Source: Candidatus Woesearchaeota archaeon (GTDB taxonomy: Archaea; Nanobdellota; Nanobdellia; Woesearchaeales; SM23-78). From it: a DNA stretch of 46,563 nucleotides. Made by a program: the position numbers and the translations under genes. Of this stretch, positions 45,543 through 46,563 are shown piece after piece. The notes beneath the pieces are model-generated. The model was not told the DNA's origin. It was given only the letters and a program-made list of their open reading frames with translations, and did no database searches. Position 1 is the stretch's first letter, and every line of letters starts with the position of its first letter. The stretch spans positions 1 through 46,563 of the forward strand of contig JAFGRK010000002.1 in assembly GCA_016935175.1 (NCBI GenBank), in the 5' to 3' direction.

Positions 45543-46001
45543 CTAAAGGTCAACCATGCTTTCGAGCACGTTGAAGTTGTCTTTCTTGTCCTTGAACTCC
45601 CTTAGATGGTCCCTTAGCTCCTTTTTCAGGTTCGAGACGTCCCTCCAGGCATTGAGCTTTTCTTGTGTCTTGGCCTGCTCTAGCTCGGTTACTTTTCTCT
45701 TGAGCTCTACTACCTCTTCGGGCTTCATCTCTTCTTTCTTCTCATTCAAGAAATTGGTTATGCTGAGTATCATCTTGTCCATGTCCACAAAGATCTCGTC
45801 CCTTAACTTCTGCCTTTCATCTATCAGGACTTGGATGTCGTTTATGACTTCCTTTATTGAATCGAGCTTCTTGTTTTCCATGTCCTTGAAGATGTATTCT
45901 ACTTCTAGCTTGTTGTCTTCCCTTTTCTTCTTCATTAGGACATAGCAGTCATCCAGCTCTTGTATGAATCCTTGTAGCAGGTTGGAATATTTTGCATCCA
46001 T
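45543..46001 (-). CDS. Coiled-coil hypothetical protein co-transcribed with the ATPase
   Basis: 152 aa with heptad-rich Lys/Glu sequence. It lies 33 bp upstream of the ATPase. Confidence 0.55.
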   Translation of the reverse strand: MDAKYSNLLQGFIQELDDCYVLMKKKREDNKLEVEYIFKDMENKKLDSIKEVINDIQVLIDERQKLRDEIFVDMDKMILSITNFLNEKKEEMKPEEVVELKRKVTELEQAKTQEKLNAWRDVSNLKKELRDHLREFKDKKDNFNVLESMVDL

Positions 46002-46073
46002 TTTGGTTAACCCCCTTAATTAGTAACTTAATCATAATCAATATTTACTTAATAGTGATAACGAAAAGTAGGC

Positions 46074-46086
46074 TTTTATTTATAAA
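46074..46086 (-). promoter_or_regulatory. Archaeal-type TATA box (minus strand CTTTATAAATAAAAG) upstream of the coiled-coil/ATPase operon
   Basis: It sits about 75 bp upstream of the ATG at 46001. A perfect palindrome TTTTTTCCGGAAAAA (46095-46109) lies immediately upstream of it. Confidence 0.45.
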
Positions 46087-46563
46087 GCTTTCGATTTTTT
46101 CCGGAAAAACTACGGAAAATGGCGAATTCAGGGTTTTTGAGGATTTGAAAGGAAGCGAAATTCTTCCTGCTTCTCTCAGTACTTTTTCAGCTTTAACTGT
46201 GCTTCTTTCACTAAACCCACGGATCTGCTAGCTGTGCCTGCCTGATGTGAGCCGCACAAGAGCTGGCCTATAGAGTTTGGAAATGCGTTTTTCACCGTTT
46301 TCCAGGCTGGAAAATGCAGAATAAAAAGCGCCAGCGGCAGGATTTTCATCAACCCTATAAAGGCTGCTTTGAACCTGCGATTCCTTGCGGAACCGGTTTG
46401 CTCTGGAGCATTCGAGACCGGCGCAATACCCCTATGCGACGCTGGCACTTAGCAAAAATGAAACACTTATAAGTTAAAAAAGGTTTCTGTTGAATAAATG
46501 GTAATAGCCACATACCTTGTTATTCTCTTCAGCTTTGCCTTCATAGCATTCTACCTTATCAAC

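Noticed and set aside
46176-46563. ORF 46176..46448 (-), and a possible 28-codon C-terminal fragment running off the right edge (complement 46480..46563)
   Set aside because: The 90-aa ORF overlaps the palindrome-rich regulatory region and has no RBS. The edge fragment is too short to evaluate.
1-46563. Search for CRISPR arrays, rRNA, tRNA, integrase/transposase and toxin-antitoxin pairs
   Set aside because: I found no regularly spaced repeat-spacer structure, no tRNA-like cloverleaf or rRNA-like conserved stretches, and no recombinase-like ORF. The mobility of the 20-kb block and of the MITE is therefore unsupported by an enzyme in this window.

Overview
The window is mostly archaeal, with a compositionally distinct block in the middle. 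Positions 1-22.8 kb carry Elp3, an EndoQ-like PHP nuclease, a TrmB-family regulator, an NOL1/NOP2/Sun RNA methyltransferase, and AT-rich TATA boxes about 25-30 bp upstream of ATGs. The other genes there are a PAP2 phosphatase (partial), an MFS transporter, two HD hydrolases, an M42-like peptidase, a CaCA antiporter, a P2-type P-type ATPase with mgtC upstream, a large cysteine-repeat surface protein, a lipoprotein, an SDR fusion and a Ser/Thr kinase-TPR protein. A 178-bp MITE-like element with terminal inverted repeats and a 10-bp target-site duplication sits in the mgtC / surface-protein intergenic region.

From about 22.86 to 43.3 kb the sequence is visibly more G+C-rich and holds roughly 32 tightly packed, Shine-Dalgarno-led genes, all on the minus strand. 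They begin, after an intrinsic-terminator-like hairpin, with a flotillin (SPFH) - NfeD pair and a MacAB-type tripartite ABC efflux operon (membrane fusion protein, ATPase, FtsX permease). The rest is a run of about 24 small predicted membrane, zinc-ribbon and secreted proteins with no family I can recognise, including an anti-sigma-like zf-HC2 protein and a 592-aa protein combining a transmembrane segment, a zinc ribbon, an acidic low-complexity linker and a basic coiled coil.

The block ends at a 440-bp non-coding stretch. It has at least five GGTTTTCC(G) iteron-like repeats and a roughly 120-nt tract almost free of C. Next come a coiled-coil protein and a HerA/FtsK/VirB4-superfamily ATPase with a C-terminal winged helix, whose upstream region carries TTTTCC..GGAAAA palindromes.

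No rRNA, tRNA, CRISPR array, integrase or transposase was found. The block's origin (horizontally acquired island or assembly chimera) and the function of the small-protein array are unresolved. I regard that array as the main candidate for an undescribed membrane-associated system.
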